64,000 nt of DNA from Vicinamibacterales bacterium (lineage in GTDB: Bacteria > Acidobacteriota > Vicinamibacteria > Vicinamibacterales > UBA8438), in assembly GCA_965203525.1 (NCBI GenBank), contig OZ241898.1:1024176-1088175 (forward strand). Reading direction: 5' to 3'. Below, piece by piece: positions 9,827-22,202 of the stretch. The notes beneath the pieces were generated by a model. It was not told the origin of the DNA, made no database searches, and was given only the letters and a program-made list of their open reading frames with translations. How positions within the stretch are numbered: the stretch's first letter is position 1; each line of letters begins with the position of its first letter. Position numbers and translations under genes: made by a program.

Positions 9827-10858
9827 GTGGCTGACGGAACCGGCGGGCAGTTCGACGGAGGAGGCGCGCGGCGGCGTGTCAAGGTCACGTCGCTCGGCAC
9901 GTACGTGCCGCCGCGCGTGCTCACCAACGCCGACCTCGAGAAGCTGGTCGACACGACCGACGAGTGGATCCTCAAGCGCACCGGCATCCGCGAGCGGCAC
10001 GTCGTCGACGAGGGGGTGGCGTCGTCGGATCTCGGCAAGGAGGCGGCGCTCGCGGCCCTGGCGGAGGCGGGGGTGGCCCCCGGGCAGATCGGGTTCATCG
10101 TCGTGGCGACGACGACGCCCGACATGTTCTTCCCGAGCACCGCCTGCCTCGTGCAGCACAAGATCGGCGCGTCGCGGGCCTGGGGCTTCGACCTCGGCGC
10201 CGCCTGCTCCGGGTTCACCTTCGCGCTGACGACCGGCGCGCAGATGGTGGCCAGCGGCGCGCACGACCACGCGCTGGTGATCGGCGCCGACGTGATGTCG
10301 TCGATCGTCGACTTCCGGGACCGCGCCACGTGCGTGCTGTTCGGCGACGGCGCCGGGGCCGTCGTGGTCTCGCCGGCCGCCGACGGCGAGCCCGGGATCA
10401 TCGACTTCGCCCACGAGATCGACGGCAGCGGCGGCCCCGCCCTCTGCATGCCGGCCGGCGGCAGCCTGCGGCCCGCCACGCGCGAGACGGTCGACGCGCG
10501 CCTGCACTACGTGCACCAGGACGGTCCGGCCGTGTTCAAGTTCGCGGTCCGCAAGATGACCGAGATCTGCCGGCGCGTGCTCGAAGCCAACGGGCTCGCG
10601 GCCGACGACGTCGACCTGTTCGTCTCGCATCAGGCGAACCGGCGGATCATCATGAGCGCCGCGGACCATCTGGGCCTGGACCGCGGCAAGGTGGTGATCA
10701 ACATCGAGCGGTTCGGGAACACCACCGCGGCGACGATCCCGCTCGCGCTGGCCGACGCGCGGCGCGAAGGCCGCCTCCCGAAGGGGGCGCGGGTGCTGCT
10801 CGCCTCCGTCGGGGCCGGTTTCACCGTCGGCGCGGTGCTGCTCCGCTGGGCGGGCTGA
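9827..10858 (+). CDS. fabH: Beta-ketoacyl-ACP synthase III
   Basis: [35 protein letters not shown]; active-site context GAACSGF; C-terminal HQANRRI...[10 protein letters not shown]. Confidence 0.92.
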   Translation: MADGTGGQFDGGGARRRVKVTSLGTYVPPRVLTNADLEKLVDTTDEWILKRTGIRERHVVDEGVASSDLGKEAALAALAEAGVAPGQIGFIVVATTTPDMFFPSTACLVQHKIGASRAWGFDLGAACSGFTFALTTGAQMVASGAHDHALVIGADVMSSIVDFRDRATCVLFGDGAGAVVVSPAADGEPGIIDFAHEIDGSGGPALCMPAGGSLRPATRETVDARLHYVHQDGPAVFKFAVRKMTEICRRVLEANGLAADDVDLFVSHQANRRIIMSAADHLGLDRGKVVINIERFGNTTAATIPLALADARREGRLPKGARVLLASVGAGFTVGAVLLRWAG

Positions 10859-10870
10859 CGGGCGGGCCGG

Positions 10871-10967
10871 CCCGTCCGTGCGCTTCTCCGGGTTCGCCCG
10901 CAGGCCGCCCTCGTCGGTTGCGCCGCGCGTCGAGGCCGAGTCCCGTCCATGCGCCTCTCCGATTTCG
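10871..10967. repeat. Imperfect duplication of the queA start region, period 71 bp
   Basis: cccgtccGtgcgcTtctccgGGttcg (10871) versus cccgtccAtgcgcCtctccgATttcg (10942). The second copy carries the real queA ATG. Confidence 0.7.
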
Positions 10968-11992
10968 ACTACCGGTTGCCCCCGGCGCGGATCGCCCGGG
11001 AGCCGGCGCCGGTGCGGGACGCGGCGCGCCTGCTGCGGCTCGACCGCGGTACGGGGGCGCGCTCGCACCACCGCGTCGCGGACCTCGACGCGCTGCTGGC
11101 GCCGGGCGACCTGCTCGTCGTCAACGACACGCGCGTGGTGCCGGCGCGCCTGCTCGGCCGGCGCGATCCGACCGGCGGCGCCGTGGAGTGCCTGCTGCTG
11201 GCGCGGCTGGACGACGGGCGCTGGGACGCCCTCGTGCATCCCGGACAGAAGCTGAAGGTCGGGTCGCGGGCCGTGTTCGAGGGGGGCGGACGCCGTCTGG
11301 CGCTGGAGGTGGAGGCCCGCCACTACCACGGCCGGCGCACGATCCGGCTGGCGGCGGAGGACGGGGACGTCGACGCCGCCATCGACGCCGTCGGGCACGT
11401 GCCGCTGCCGCCCTACGTCAAGCGGGCGGACCGGCCGGCCGACCGCGCCCGGTACCAGACCGTCTACGCGGCCGCCCGCGGCTCGGTGGCGGCCCCGACG
11501 GCCGGACTGCACTTCACCCCGGCGCTGCTCGGCCGGCTGCGGACGCGCGGCGTCGAGCGGCGCGCCGTCACCCTGCACGTCGGCTACGGCACCTTCGAGC
11601 CGGTGCGGACCGAGGAGGTCGAAGCCCATCGGGTGGCGCCGGAGCGCTACGCCGTGCCGGCGTCGACGGCGGCGGCGGTCAACCGCGCCCTGGACGAAGG
11701 ACGCCGTGTCGTCGCGGTCGGCACCACGACCACCCGCACGCTGGAAACGGCCGCCCGCCTCCACGGCGGCCGGCTCCGGCCGGGGGCGGGCGAGACGGAC
11801 CTCACCATCCACGGCGATTTCGACTTCCGGGTCGTCGGCGGCCTGCTCACCAACTTCCACCTGCCCCGCTCGTCGCTGCTGCTGCTGGTCTGCGCGCTGG
11901 CCGGCCGGGAGGCGATCCTGGCCGCGTACGGCGAGGCGGTCGACCGGGGCTACCGCTTCTACAGCTACGGCGACGCCATGCTGATCCTGTAG
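10949..11992 (+). CDS. queA: S-adenosylmethionine:tRNA ribosyltransferase-isomerase
   Basis: MRLSDFDYRLPPARIA..P...RD..RLL and HVPLPPYV, LHFT, TNFHLPRSSLL. Confidence 0.93.
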   Translation: MRLSDFDYRLPPARIAREPAPVRDAARLLRLDRGTGARSHHRVADLDALLAPGDLLVVNDTRVVPARLLGRRDPTGGAVECLLLARLDDGRWDALVHPGQKLKVGSRAVFEGGGRRLALEVEARHYHGRRTIRLAAEDGDVDAAIDAVGHVPLPPYVKRADRPADRARYQTVYAAARGSVAAPTAGLHFTPALLGRLRTRGVERRAVTLHVGYGTFEPVRTEEVEAHRVAPERYAVPASTAAAVNRALDEGRRVVAVGTTTTRTLETAARLHGGRLRPGAGETDLTIHGDFDFRVVGGLLTNFHLPRSSLLLLVCALAGREAILAAYGEAVDRGYRFYSYGDAMLIL

Positions 11993-13310
11993 CGCCGGCA
12001 GCGCCCGCCGGCGCGCCGATCAGCGGCCGCGGTCCGGCGACCTGGAGTACAATGTCAAAGCCGGCGCGAGTCCGGTCGCGACGCCGTGATCGACGGGGCG
12101 TGGCTGCTCCGCGAGCATCGCTCACGCCCCTCGGCCACTCGCGTACGCGCTCGACTTCGGGCGCACGTCGCGCAGCAGGCCGATTCGATGGTCGACTTCG
12201 GTGAATGCGGATGGAGCAATGGCGAAGAAACCAGAAAGTGAAGCCGGCATCGCAATCGGCAATTCGTCCGGCAAGTTCATCATCGACTTCATCAGCGGCC
12301 AACAGGTGCGGGCGACGCCGGAGGAAGTCGACGCCGTGCAGGTCTTTGCCCGCCGTTTGGTTGAAGATTATGGCTACGGCAAGGAGCAAGTGCAAGTCCA
12401 TCCTCAACATCGAGTTCGGGCAAGACCTTCCGACAAGGATCGATCCTTTCCGGTAGACATAGCCGTTTTCCGCGCAGGGGCGAACAGAAGAGAAGACGGA
12501 CTCCTGATGATAGTGGAATGCAAGAAAAGCGACCAACGGGACGGCGAGCATCAGCTTCGGCTTTACATGGACATGTCCGCCGCGGAGGTAGGCGTCTGGT
12601 TCAACGGCGACGACCACCTCTACCTGCGCAAGATTCACCACGAGGACGGCCGCCGCACCTATCAGACTCTCCCCAACATACCTCGCAACGGGCAGCGGAT
12701 TGAAGACATCGGGCTGTACAAACGCAAGGACCTCGTCCGCCCGTCGAACTTGAAAGCCGTTTTCCGCGACATCCGCAACCACCTGGCGGGCATGACCATC
12801 GGGATTACACGGGACGCGGCGCTTGCTCAGGAAATCATCAACCTTCTCTTCTGCAAGCTGCTGGACGAACAGGAAACCGGTGCGGACGACACTGTAAGTT
12901 TTCGTGCCGGCGTCGGCGAGCCCCGAGATGGCGTCCGAACACGTATCCACGCCCTCTTTGAACGGGTGAAGGAGAACGTCTTTGGCGACGTCTTTGAACC
13001 CACTGATCGGATTCGCCTTGATCCCGACAGTCTTGCCTATGTGGTCGGGGAGCTTCAGAACTACACCATCCTGGAAGCGGATCGGGACGCAATCGGTGAA
13101 GCCTTCGAGGTTTTCATCGGGCCGGCGTTGCGCGGCGCGGAGGGGCAGTTCTTCACCCCCCGCAACGTCATCGAAATGATGGTGAAGATGGTGGACCCAA
13201 GGCCGGGGGAGAAAATCATCGACCCCGCGTGCGGTTCCGGCGGTTTCCTCATCACGGCCCTCTCCCATGTCTGGGAACTTCTGGGGAATGAAGCCGGCCG
13301 CAAGAATTGG

Positions 13311-15067
13311 GAATCTCCTCAAATGCGTGTGGGTAGGGGCGGCGCCAGTTCGATGCCTCCGCAGCACAGGAACAGCATCGAGATGAGCGCATCGGGGGAG
13401 TGGAAACCGTACGCGCGCCGCGCGATCACCCGCAGCTTGTTGTTGATGCCCTCCACCGGCCCGTTCGTCATCCGGGTGTCCAGATACGCCAGGATGCCCT
13501 CGGCGTGTTTCCGAATCGTGCGCCCCAGCTTCACGAACGGCTCCAGACGGGACCGCGCCGCCCACTCCAGCCACTCTTCGAGCAGCTCCGGCGCCTCCTC
13601 GGGGGGCGCCTGTTCCAGGATCGTCGCCAGGTACTCCTTCAGTTCGTAAGCCCGGTCCAGCGCCCGGTTCGCACGACGCAACTTCTCCAGGCGCCGGGCC
13701 TCCTTGGGCTTCAGCCGCGCCGGGTGTTTCAGCAGGTCGTAGCGCGCCCCCTTCAGCGCCTTCGCATCCTCCAGGTCCGGACGACGCTGCTCCGCGCGGC
13801 GCACCTCGTCCACCGCATCGGCGGCCAGCCGTTCGACGTGAAACCGGTCGAACACCACCCGCGCCTGCGGAGCCCACGCCCGCAACGCCTTCTGCCAGCT
13901 CGACGCCAGGTCCGCCGTCACCAACTCGATCCGCGCGCACCCGGCCGGTCCCAACTGCTCGAAGAAGGCCCCCAGCGTCTCCGCGCTACGGCCCGGTCCC
14001 GCCCACACCACACGACGCTCGTCATGGTCGACCACGAGGGTCAGGTAGCGGTGGCGTTTCCGGTAGCTGAACTCGTCCACGCCGATCCGCCTCAGCTTCG
14101 CGAACCGCCCCCGGTCCAGCCGCCGGGCCACCACCCGCTCCACGATGCTGCCCACCGTCACCCACGAGATCCCCAGCAGGCGGCTCACCGCCGTGCGGTC
14201 CGTCACCTGGGCCAGATACGCCGTCAACTCCTCGAACTCCGACGTGAACGCGCTGGTTCCGCTCGCCCACGGCACCCGCTCCACCTTCACCCCGCAACGC
14301 GGGCACGACACCCGCCACGGCGCATACCGCAGACACGCCGACAGCCGGCCCCACGACAGATGCCGCCACCTGCGTTCCGGCTGCCGGTCATACCGCGGCG
14401 CCCGCTTCCCGCACGCGCCGCACCGGGAACGCCGCCACGACGGCGCCACCGACGCCGTCAACGGACCGGCAGCGGGCATTTCCACCGCCTGGACGTACAT
14501 CTGCGTGACACCCAACAGCCGCCGTAGTACCGTAGTCAGACGCATGGGGCTCTCCTCCTCGCGGGTCCTGGTTGTTGCACATCCTGCCCATGAGACCAGG
14601 AAGCCCCTGCGTTTTGCAACCCGCTTCGGCGAGCACGACGACGCACGCGGCGCCGACGCCCCCCCGACACCGGCCGGCCGACGGAGGTTCACGGCCCGCG
14701 CCGGCCCCGGCGCCGCTAGCCGGTTCCCGTCCCCGAACCGCCGGCCGGCGCGCCGTCCGCGTCGTCGTGGACGGCCGGGACGCTCCCGTCCAGGCCGGGC
14801 CGCAAGGCCCATAACTGCTGTCTGAGCGGAGGGACGGACGGTGTGTCACCCGAAGGGCCGGAGCGCAGCGAAGGACGCGCGCAGCGCGTTGACACGCCGG
14901 CCGGCCCTCCGCTACCTCCGACGGCCCTGCCCCGACACCGTGCGACCCGGACCTGCCTCAAGCAGGTGCGCCACGACCCGTCAGTTCCGAGGTCGCCGGC
15001 GCTGTCGGCACCCCGCGCCGACCCGACGATCGCGCCGCAACTTGCCCACACTCGTTGCAGGAGAGCC
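13311..15067 (-). mobile_element. ISL3-family insertion sequence (1757 bp) with 8-bp target site duplication AGAATTGG
   Basis: The TSD agaattgg occurs at 13303-13310 and 15068-15075. The imperfect terminal inverted repeats are gaatctcctcaaatgcgtgtgggtagg... versus the reverse complement ggctctcctgcaacgagtgtgggcaag... An 8-bp TSD and a GGCTCT-type end fit ISL3. Confidence 0.85.
13319..14545 (-). CDS. ISL3 family transposase
   Basis: MRLTTVLRRLLG...; N-terminal zinc finger C..CG...C.RCG; DDE region ...IGVDEFSYRKRHRYLTLVVD...VTADLASSW...; C-terminal NGPVEGINNKLRVIARRAYGF. The likely ATG is at 14545, inside ORF 13319..14812. Confidence 0.9.
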   Translation of the reverse strand: MRLTTVLRRLLGVTQMYVQAVEMPAAGPLTASVAPSWRRSRCGACGKRAPRYDRQPERRWRHLSWGRLSACLRYAPWRVSCPRCGVKVERVPWASGTSAFTSEFEELTAYLAQVTDRTAVSRLLGISWVTVGSIVERVVARRLDRGRFAKLRRIGVDEFSYRKRHRYLTLVVDHDERRVVWAGPGRSAETLGAFFEQLGPAGCARIELVTADLASSWQKALRAWAPQARVVFDRFHVERLAADAVDEVRRAEQRRPDLEDAKALKGARYDLLKHPARLKPKEARRLEKLRRANRALDRAYELKEYLATILEQAPPEEAPELLEEWLEWAARSRLEPFVKLGRTIRKHAEGILAYLDTRMTNGPVEGINNKLRVIARRAYGFHSPDALISMLFLCCGGIELAPPLPTRI

Positions 15068-16750
15068 AGAATTGGACGGAGCGCCGGCTGGCAAAGCGCG
15101 AATTCGAAGTCGCGTCGGACTGCTTTCGCGGAATCGACAAGGACGCCTTTCTTTCCCGCGTGTGCAAGGCGTACATGGCCCTCGTCGGTGACGGACGTGG
15201 CGGCGTTTTCTGCCAGAACGCACTGGAGCCGGTCGATGACTGGGCGCCTCCGTTGCGTCAGGACGTGCGCCCCGGGACGTTCGACGTCGTTCTGACCAAT
15301 CCGCCTTTCGGCAAGAAAATCGTCGTCAAGGGTGAAAAGATAATCTCCCAGTTCGAGCTTGGCCGGAAGTGGAAATACAGCAATTCGAAGGCGTCCTGGA
15401 TGCCGTCCTCGGTTCGGCACGACAGGCTGCCTCCACAGATTCCCTTTTTGGAGCGTTGCATCCAACTGCTCAAGCCCGGCGGGCGTCTCGGCATCGTGCT
15501 GCCGGAGAGCATTTTCGGCAATCCTTCGCACGGTTACGTCATGCAGTGGCTCAGGTCCCGTTTGCGAATCACGGCAATCATCAACATGCCGGAGCCCCTG
15601 TTCAAGACCAGCGGGAAGGGTGGAACGCACACCAAGGTGTGCGTTTTGATCGGCGCGCTGGATGACCAGAACGGCCGTCCGATCTTCATGGCGGAAGCGA
15701 AATGGTGCGGGCATGACAGCCGCGGCAACCCCACCCGCCGCACACTTCCGGGCGGCGACACGGAGCTGCTTGACGAGGTTCCCGAAATCGCCGCTCGCTT
15801 TGCGCAGTGGCGCAGTGATGCGGAGGTTTTCACGCCTGACCACCGGGGATTCCCATTGCCATGCGGGAACATCGTCAACGACGTATTGATTCCGAGATAC
15901 TACAACCCGGAGATCGATGCGGAGATGTCCCGTCTTGAAAGCGACTACAAGTTCGTCGCCCTGGCGGACCTGGTTGAACAGGGCGTTTTGTCGTTCGCCA
16001 CCGGCATTGAGGTGGGCAAGATGGCGTACGGCACCGGCGACATCCCGTTCATCCGCACGTCGGACATTTCCAATTGGGAGATCAAGGCCGATTTCAAGCA
16101 CGGCGTCAGCGATGAAATATACGAGACCTGGAAAAGGAAGATCGACGTCCAGGTTGCCGATATCCTCATGGTGAAGGACGGGACGTACCTGATCGGCACC
16201 ACCGCCATAGTCACGCGCTTCGACCTGCCCATGCTGTTTCAGAGCCATCTGTATCGCATCAGAGTGCGCAAGCCGGAAGTCATCAGTCCGTGGCTGCTGT
16301 TCGCACTTCTCAACACACGGATCGTGCGGCTGCAAGTGCGCGCCAAACAGTTCACCCAGGACATCATTGACACCATAGGCCAGCGGGTCTTCGAGCTGGA
16401 GATTCCGGTGCCGCGGTCGCAAGAACAGTCACGACACCTTGCCGAGGAGTGCAAACGCATCATCGAAACCCGAGTCGGGTTGCGTCACGAGGCCAGCGCT
16501 TTGGTCGGAGCGGTCGGCGCTCTGTCGCCGCCGGACGTCGTTCAATAGATGCCGGCCTCCGCCGCACCGGTTCCGGCCGCGAAGACGAGCGGCGTCCGCG
16601 GCCGCGGGCCGGCCCGGTCGAGCGGCGGCCGGGGAGACTGATCGGCATCGGCCGGCGAGAGGTACCGGCGGGGCGGCGACCGCCGCGCCGCCGAACGAGA
16701 TCGGGGCGCTGCCCGGTTGGACGGCTTGGCGTATAATGTTGGAGATCCGT

Positions 16751-16827
16751 GCCGGTGTAGCTCAGCTGGTCAGAGCAAGCGGCTCATATCCGCTAGGTCC
16801 GGGGTTCAAGTCCCTGCACCGGCACCA
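16751..16827 (+). tRNA. tRNA with CAT anticodon (elongator Met or lysidine-modified Ile2)
   Basis: Cloverleaf read by eye. Acceptor stem gccggtg/caccggc; D arm gctcagctggtcagagc; anticodon stem-loop agcgg-ctCATat-ccgct; T arm cgggg-ttcaagt-ccctg; encoded CCA. A TATAAT box sits at 16733-16738. Confidence 0.85.
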
Positions 16828-17057
16828 CCAATCGAAATCATGGTGCGAACGGAACGACGCGTTCCCGGAGGCTGCATCCGTACCGGGGAATCGGCCGCAT
16901 ACCGGACAACTTGCGCTCGGCGCCGGCCGGATCCGTGACGGCTTCTGCTGGCTCGTCTGCCCGGGCTGCTGCGCGGGTGTGGACGGAGTCTCAGCCTCCA
17001 GCGGAATGCGTGGTCGTCGTCGTTGATCCGGACGACAAGGTTGTGTGACTTCGAGCG

Positions 17058-18472
17058 ATGCGCGTGACCTCGCTTTCGCAGCGCGTCCGGCAGGCCGTCG
17101 CGCGCGATGCGCTCGTGCCGCCGGGAGGCCGGGTGCTGGTCGCCTGCTCCGGCGGCGGCGACTCGGTGGCGCTGGCCGCGCTGCTGTGCGAGGCGGCGCC
17201 GGGCGCGGGCTGGGCGGTCGCGGCGCTGCTGCACGTCAACCACCGCCTGCGGGGCGCCGCGTCCGATGCGGACGAGCGGTTCTGCCGCGGTCTCGCCCGG
17301 GAGCTCGGAATCCCGATCGCCGTCGAGCGCGTCGACGTGGCGGCGCGCGCCCGCGCGGAGCGGGTTTCGGTCGAGGCGGCGGGACACCGGATCCGCTACG
17401 AGATCTTCGAACGCATCGTGCGCGAGGGCGCGGCGGACCGCGTGGCGACCGCGCACACGCGCGACGATCAGGCGGAGACGGTTCTCCTGCGGCTGATCCG
17501 GGGCGCCGGACCGGCCGGGCTGGCCGGCATCCGGCCGCGCATCGGCGCCGTCGTGCGCCCGCTGCTCGACGTGCGGCGGCACGAGCTGCGCGAGTACCTG
17601 CGCCGGCGCGGTCTGCCGCACCGGGAGGATCCGACCAACCGGGACGAGCGGATCCTGCGCAACCGGGTGCGGCACCGGCTGATCCCGGTGCTGAGCGAGC
17701 ATTTCTCGCCGGCGATCGCCGACGTTCTCGCCCGCGCCGCGGCGATCGCCCGGGACGACGCGGACTGGATCGACGAGGCGGTGAACGCCGCCGCGCGGAA
17801 GATCGTCCGGGACGCGCAGGGGCGTGTCGACGTCGACGCCGCGCGGCTGGCGGCGGAGCCGCCCGCGGTGGCGCGCCGCGTCGCGCGGCAGGTCCTGGAG
17901 CGGGTCGGGAGCCGGCGGGTCGGTTTCGATCACGTCGAGCGCCTCCGGAGGCTGGCGGAAGCGGACGGCGCGGCGCCGGCGGCGGACTTCCCCGGCTGCC
18001 GGGCCGAGCGGCGCGGGGCGGCGTTGCGGATCACGCGGCGGTCCGGGCGTCCGGCGCCGGCCGCCGCCGCGGCGCCCTTCGAGTACCCGCTCGCGGTGCC
18101 CGGCGCGGTGGAGGTCGCCGAGGCCGGCCTGCGCATCACCGCCGCGCGCGGCGGGCGGCCGGCCCGGCTGGTCGCGCGCGGCGCCGCCGCGGCGCTGCCG
18201 GCGGCGCGGATCACGCCGCCGCTGACCGTACGGGGGTGGCGTCCCGGCGACGCGTTCCGGCCGCTCGGGCTCGGCGGGCGCAGGAAGAAGCTGCAGGACT
18301 TCTTCGTGGACCGCAAGGTTCCCCGCGGCCGGCGCGGAGCCGTGCCGCTGGTGGTCGACGCCCGGCTCGGCATCGTCTGGGTGGCGGGGCACGCGGTGTC
18401 GGAGGACGCGCGGGTGATCGACTCGGACGAAGGCGTGGTAACCTTGAGGATGGTGCAGACGGGAGGTCCCGG

Positions 18473-18476
<4 letters not shown>
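17058..18476 (+). CDS. tilS: tRNA(Ile)-lysidine synthase
   Basis: PP-loop [14 protein letters not shown]; ...[13 protein letters not shown]; [16 protein letters not shown]. Confidence 0.9.
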
Positions 18477-20398
<1,922 letters not shown>

Positions 20399-20475
20399 GG
20401 GCTCGCCCCCGTCCGGCCGTCACCTCCACGCCCGTTCGCGGCCGGGCTTGCGGTTGCCGTTCGTCCCGATCGCGC

Positions 20476-21399
20476 ATGACGCCGAGAGCGCCGTACACGC
20501 TCGCACTGCCGGGAGGGCGCACCCTCGCCCTGGGGTCGCGCACCCTCGTGATGGGGATCGTCAACGTCACGCCCGACTCGTTCGCGGACGGCGGCGCGTG
20601 TTCGGACCCGGGGCGGGCGGCCGACCGGGCCCTGGCGCTCGAGGCGGCGGGGGCGGATCTGCTGGAGGTCGGCGGCGAATCGACCCGGCCCGGCGCCGAG
20701 CCGGTGCCTGCGCGCGAGGAACTGCGGCGGATCGTGCCGGTGCTGGAGCGGCTCGCCGGGCGCGCCGGCGTGCCCATCTCCGTCGATACGTACAAGGCGG
20801 CGGTCGCACGGACCGCGCTGGACCACGGCGCCGCGATGATCAACGACGTTTCCGGGCTCGCGGCCGGCTCGGCGCTGGCGGCGGCGGCCGCCGCCGCCGG
20901 GGCGCCGCTCGTGCTCATGCACAACCGCGGCGGCTCCCGCGACATGTACCGGCGGGCCGCCTATCGCGACGTCGGCGCGGAGGTGGCGGCCGAATTGCGC
21001 GATGTCGTCGGCCGGGCGGTCGCGGCCGGCGTGCCGCGGGAGCAGATCGTCGTCGATCCGGGTCTCGGTTTCGCGAAACGCGCCGAGGCGACGCTCGCGG
21101 CGCTCGCGGAGCTGCCGTCCCTGCGGAGCCTGGACCGCCCGATCCTGGTCGGGCCGTCCCGCAAGTCGTTTCTCTCCGCCGCCCTCGGTGCGCGCCGGCC
21201 GGCCGGCCGGGAGTGGGGGACGGCGGCGGCGGTGGCCGCCGCGGTGTGGCTCGGCGCGCACGTCGTCCGCGTGCACGAGGTCGCCGCGCAGGTCGACGTC
21301 GTCCGGGTGGCGGACGCGATCCGGGCGGCGGCGGACCGGACGGGGACGGCCGCCGCGGAGCCCGCCCCCCGGCAGCCGTCCGGGGCGCGGAACCGATGA
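20476..21399 (+). CDS. folP: Dihydropteroate synthase
   Basis: VMGIVNVTPDSFADGG, GADLLEVGGESTRPGA, ISVDTYKA, INDVSG. Confidence 0.92.
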   Translation: MTPRAPYTLALPGGRTLALGSRTLVMGIVNVTPDSFADGGACSDPGRAADRALALEAAGADLLEVGGESTRPGAEPVPAREELRRIVPVLERLAGRAGVPISVDTYKAAVARTALDHGAAMINDVSGLAAGSALAAAAAAAGAPLVLMHNRGGSRDMYRRAAYRDVGAEVAAELRDVVGRAVAAGVPREQIVVDPGLGFAKRAEATLAALAELPSLRSLDRPILVGPSRKSFLSAALGARRPAGREWGTAAAVAAAVWLGAHVVRVHEVAAQVDVVRVADAIRAAADRTGTAAAEPAPRQPSGARNR

Positions 21400-22202
21400 C
21401 GATGTTCGACGCCGTGGGCGGCCTGCTCGGCATCCGCGTCGGCTGGCGCGACGTGCTGGACGTCGCCGTCGTCACCTTCCTCTTCTACGAGCTGCTGAAG
21501 CTGATCCGCCACACCCGGGCGGCGCAGGTGGTCTTCGGGGGCGCGCTCCTCGTCGGCATCTACTACGCCTCCGAGTTCGCCGAGCTCCGGACGGTGCGCT
21601 GGATCGTCGGCGACGTGTTCGGCTACATCGTCTTCGCCGCCATCGTGCTGTTTCAGGCCGACATCCGGCGCGGCCTGTCGAGGCTGGGCCGCGCGCCCGC
21701 CTTTCGCTACCTCACGCGCCGCGCGACGACGGACGAGACGATGGAGGAGGTGGTCACGGCGGCGGGGTTGCTGGCCGGCCGCAAGGTCGGGGCGCTCATC
21801 GCCGTCGAACGGGCGATCGGCCTGCGGAACTACGTCGACAGCGGCATTCCGCTGGATTCGCGAGTGACCTACGATCTGCTGGTGAGCATCTTCCAGCCCG
21901 AGTCGCCGCTGCACGACGGCGCGGTGATCATCCAGGACGAGCGCATCGCGGCGGCCGCCTGCTTCCTGCCTCTGACGGTCAGCCCGCAGAGCACGGAGCT
22001 CGGCACGCGCCACCGCGCCGCGATCGGCTTGACGGAGGAATCGGACGCGGTGGCGCTGGTGGTCTCCGAGGAGACCGGCGCCGTGTCCCTGGCGGTCGAC
22101 GGGCAGATCGAACGTGACCTCGACAGCAGCCGCCTTGCGGCCCGACTCGAGGCGCTGGTGCGGCCCGACCACCGCGCCGGTTCGGCCGGGAGCGGCTTCT
22201 GA
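21396..22202 (+). CDS. cdaA: Diadenylate cyclase CdaA (DisA_N domain, membrane anchored)
   Basis: Three N-terminal TM helices, then GALIAVER...PLHDGAVII...LGTRHRAAIGLTEESDAVALVVSEETG. The ATG at 21396 overlaps the folP stop. Confidence 0.9.
   Translation: MTMFDAVGGLLGIRVGWRDVLDVAVVTFLFYELLKLIRHTRAAQVVFGGALLVGIYYASEFAELRTVRWIVGDVFGYIVFAAIVLFQADIRRGLSRLGRAPAFRYLTRRATTDETMEEVVTAAGLLAGRKVGALIAVERAIGLRNYVDSGIPLDSRVTYDLLVSIFQPESPLHDGAVIIQDERIAAAACFLPLTVSPQSTELGTRHRAAIGLTEESDAVALVVSEETGAVSLAVDGQIERDLDSSRLAARLEALVRPDHRAGSAGSGF

Larger units (their letters stand above)
12201..16548 (+). pseudogene. Single-chain type IIG-like restriction-modification enzyme (PD-(D/E)XK HsdR_N-like domain + N6-adenine methylase + TRD), interrupted by ISL3
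   Basis: The N-part 12201..13310 has VDIAVF...LMIVECKK (D...ExK), FFTPRNV and IDPACGSGGFL (motif I). The C-part 15076..16548 has TNPPFG (motif IV) and a HsdS-like TRD. Removing 13311..15067 plus one TSD copy joins ...RKNW|TERRLAK in frame, giving about 860 aa. GC content is visibly lower than the flanks. Confidence 0.8.

Noticed and set aside
9620-12204. Two 746-aa ORFs (9620..11860 minus and 9964..12204 plus) spanning fabH and queA
   Set aside because: They are off-frame or antisense shadows of fabH and queA with low-complexity translations.
13400-14527. 375-aa ORF antisense to the ISL3 transposase
   Set aside because: It has no homology signal, and the transposase frame on the opposite strand is unambiguous.
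16709-16738. Full sigma70 promoter for the tRNA
   Set aside because: TATAAT at 16733-16738 is convincing. The only TTGGAC-like -35 box is just 9 nt upstream and the 17-nt position is poor. Only the -10 is noted, under the tRNA feature.
11993-16750. tRNA-targeted genomic island carrying the RM gene
   Set aside because: I saw no integrase and no direct repeat of the tRNA 3' end. The tRNA 5' end, not its 3' end, faces the RM gene. The lower GC supports foreign origin but not a classical att-bounded island.
17045-18472. N-terminal ~475 codons of the 1117-aa ORF 17045..20398
   Set aside because: This part is an out-of-frame read-through of tilS. The genuine FtsH begins at the TM segment near 18473.
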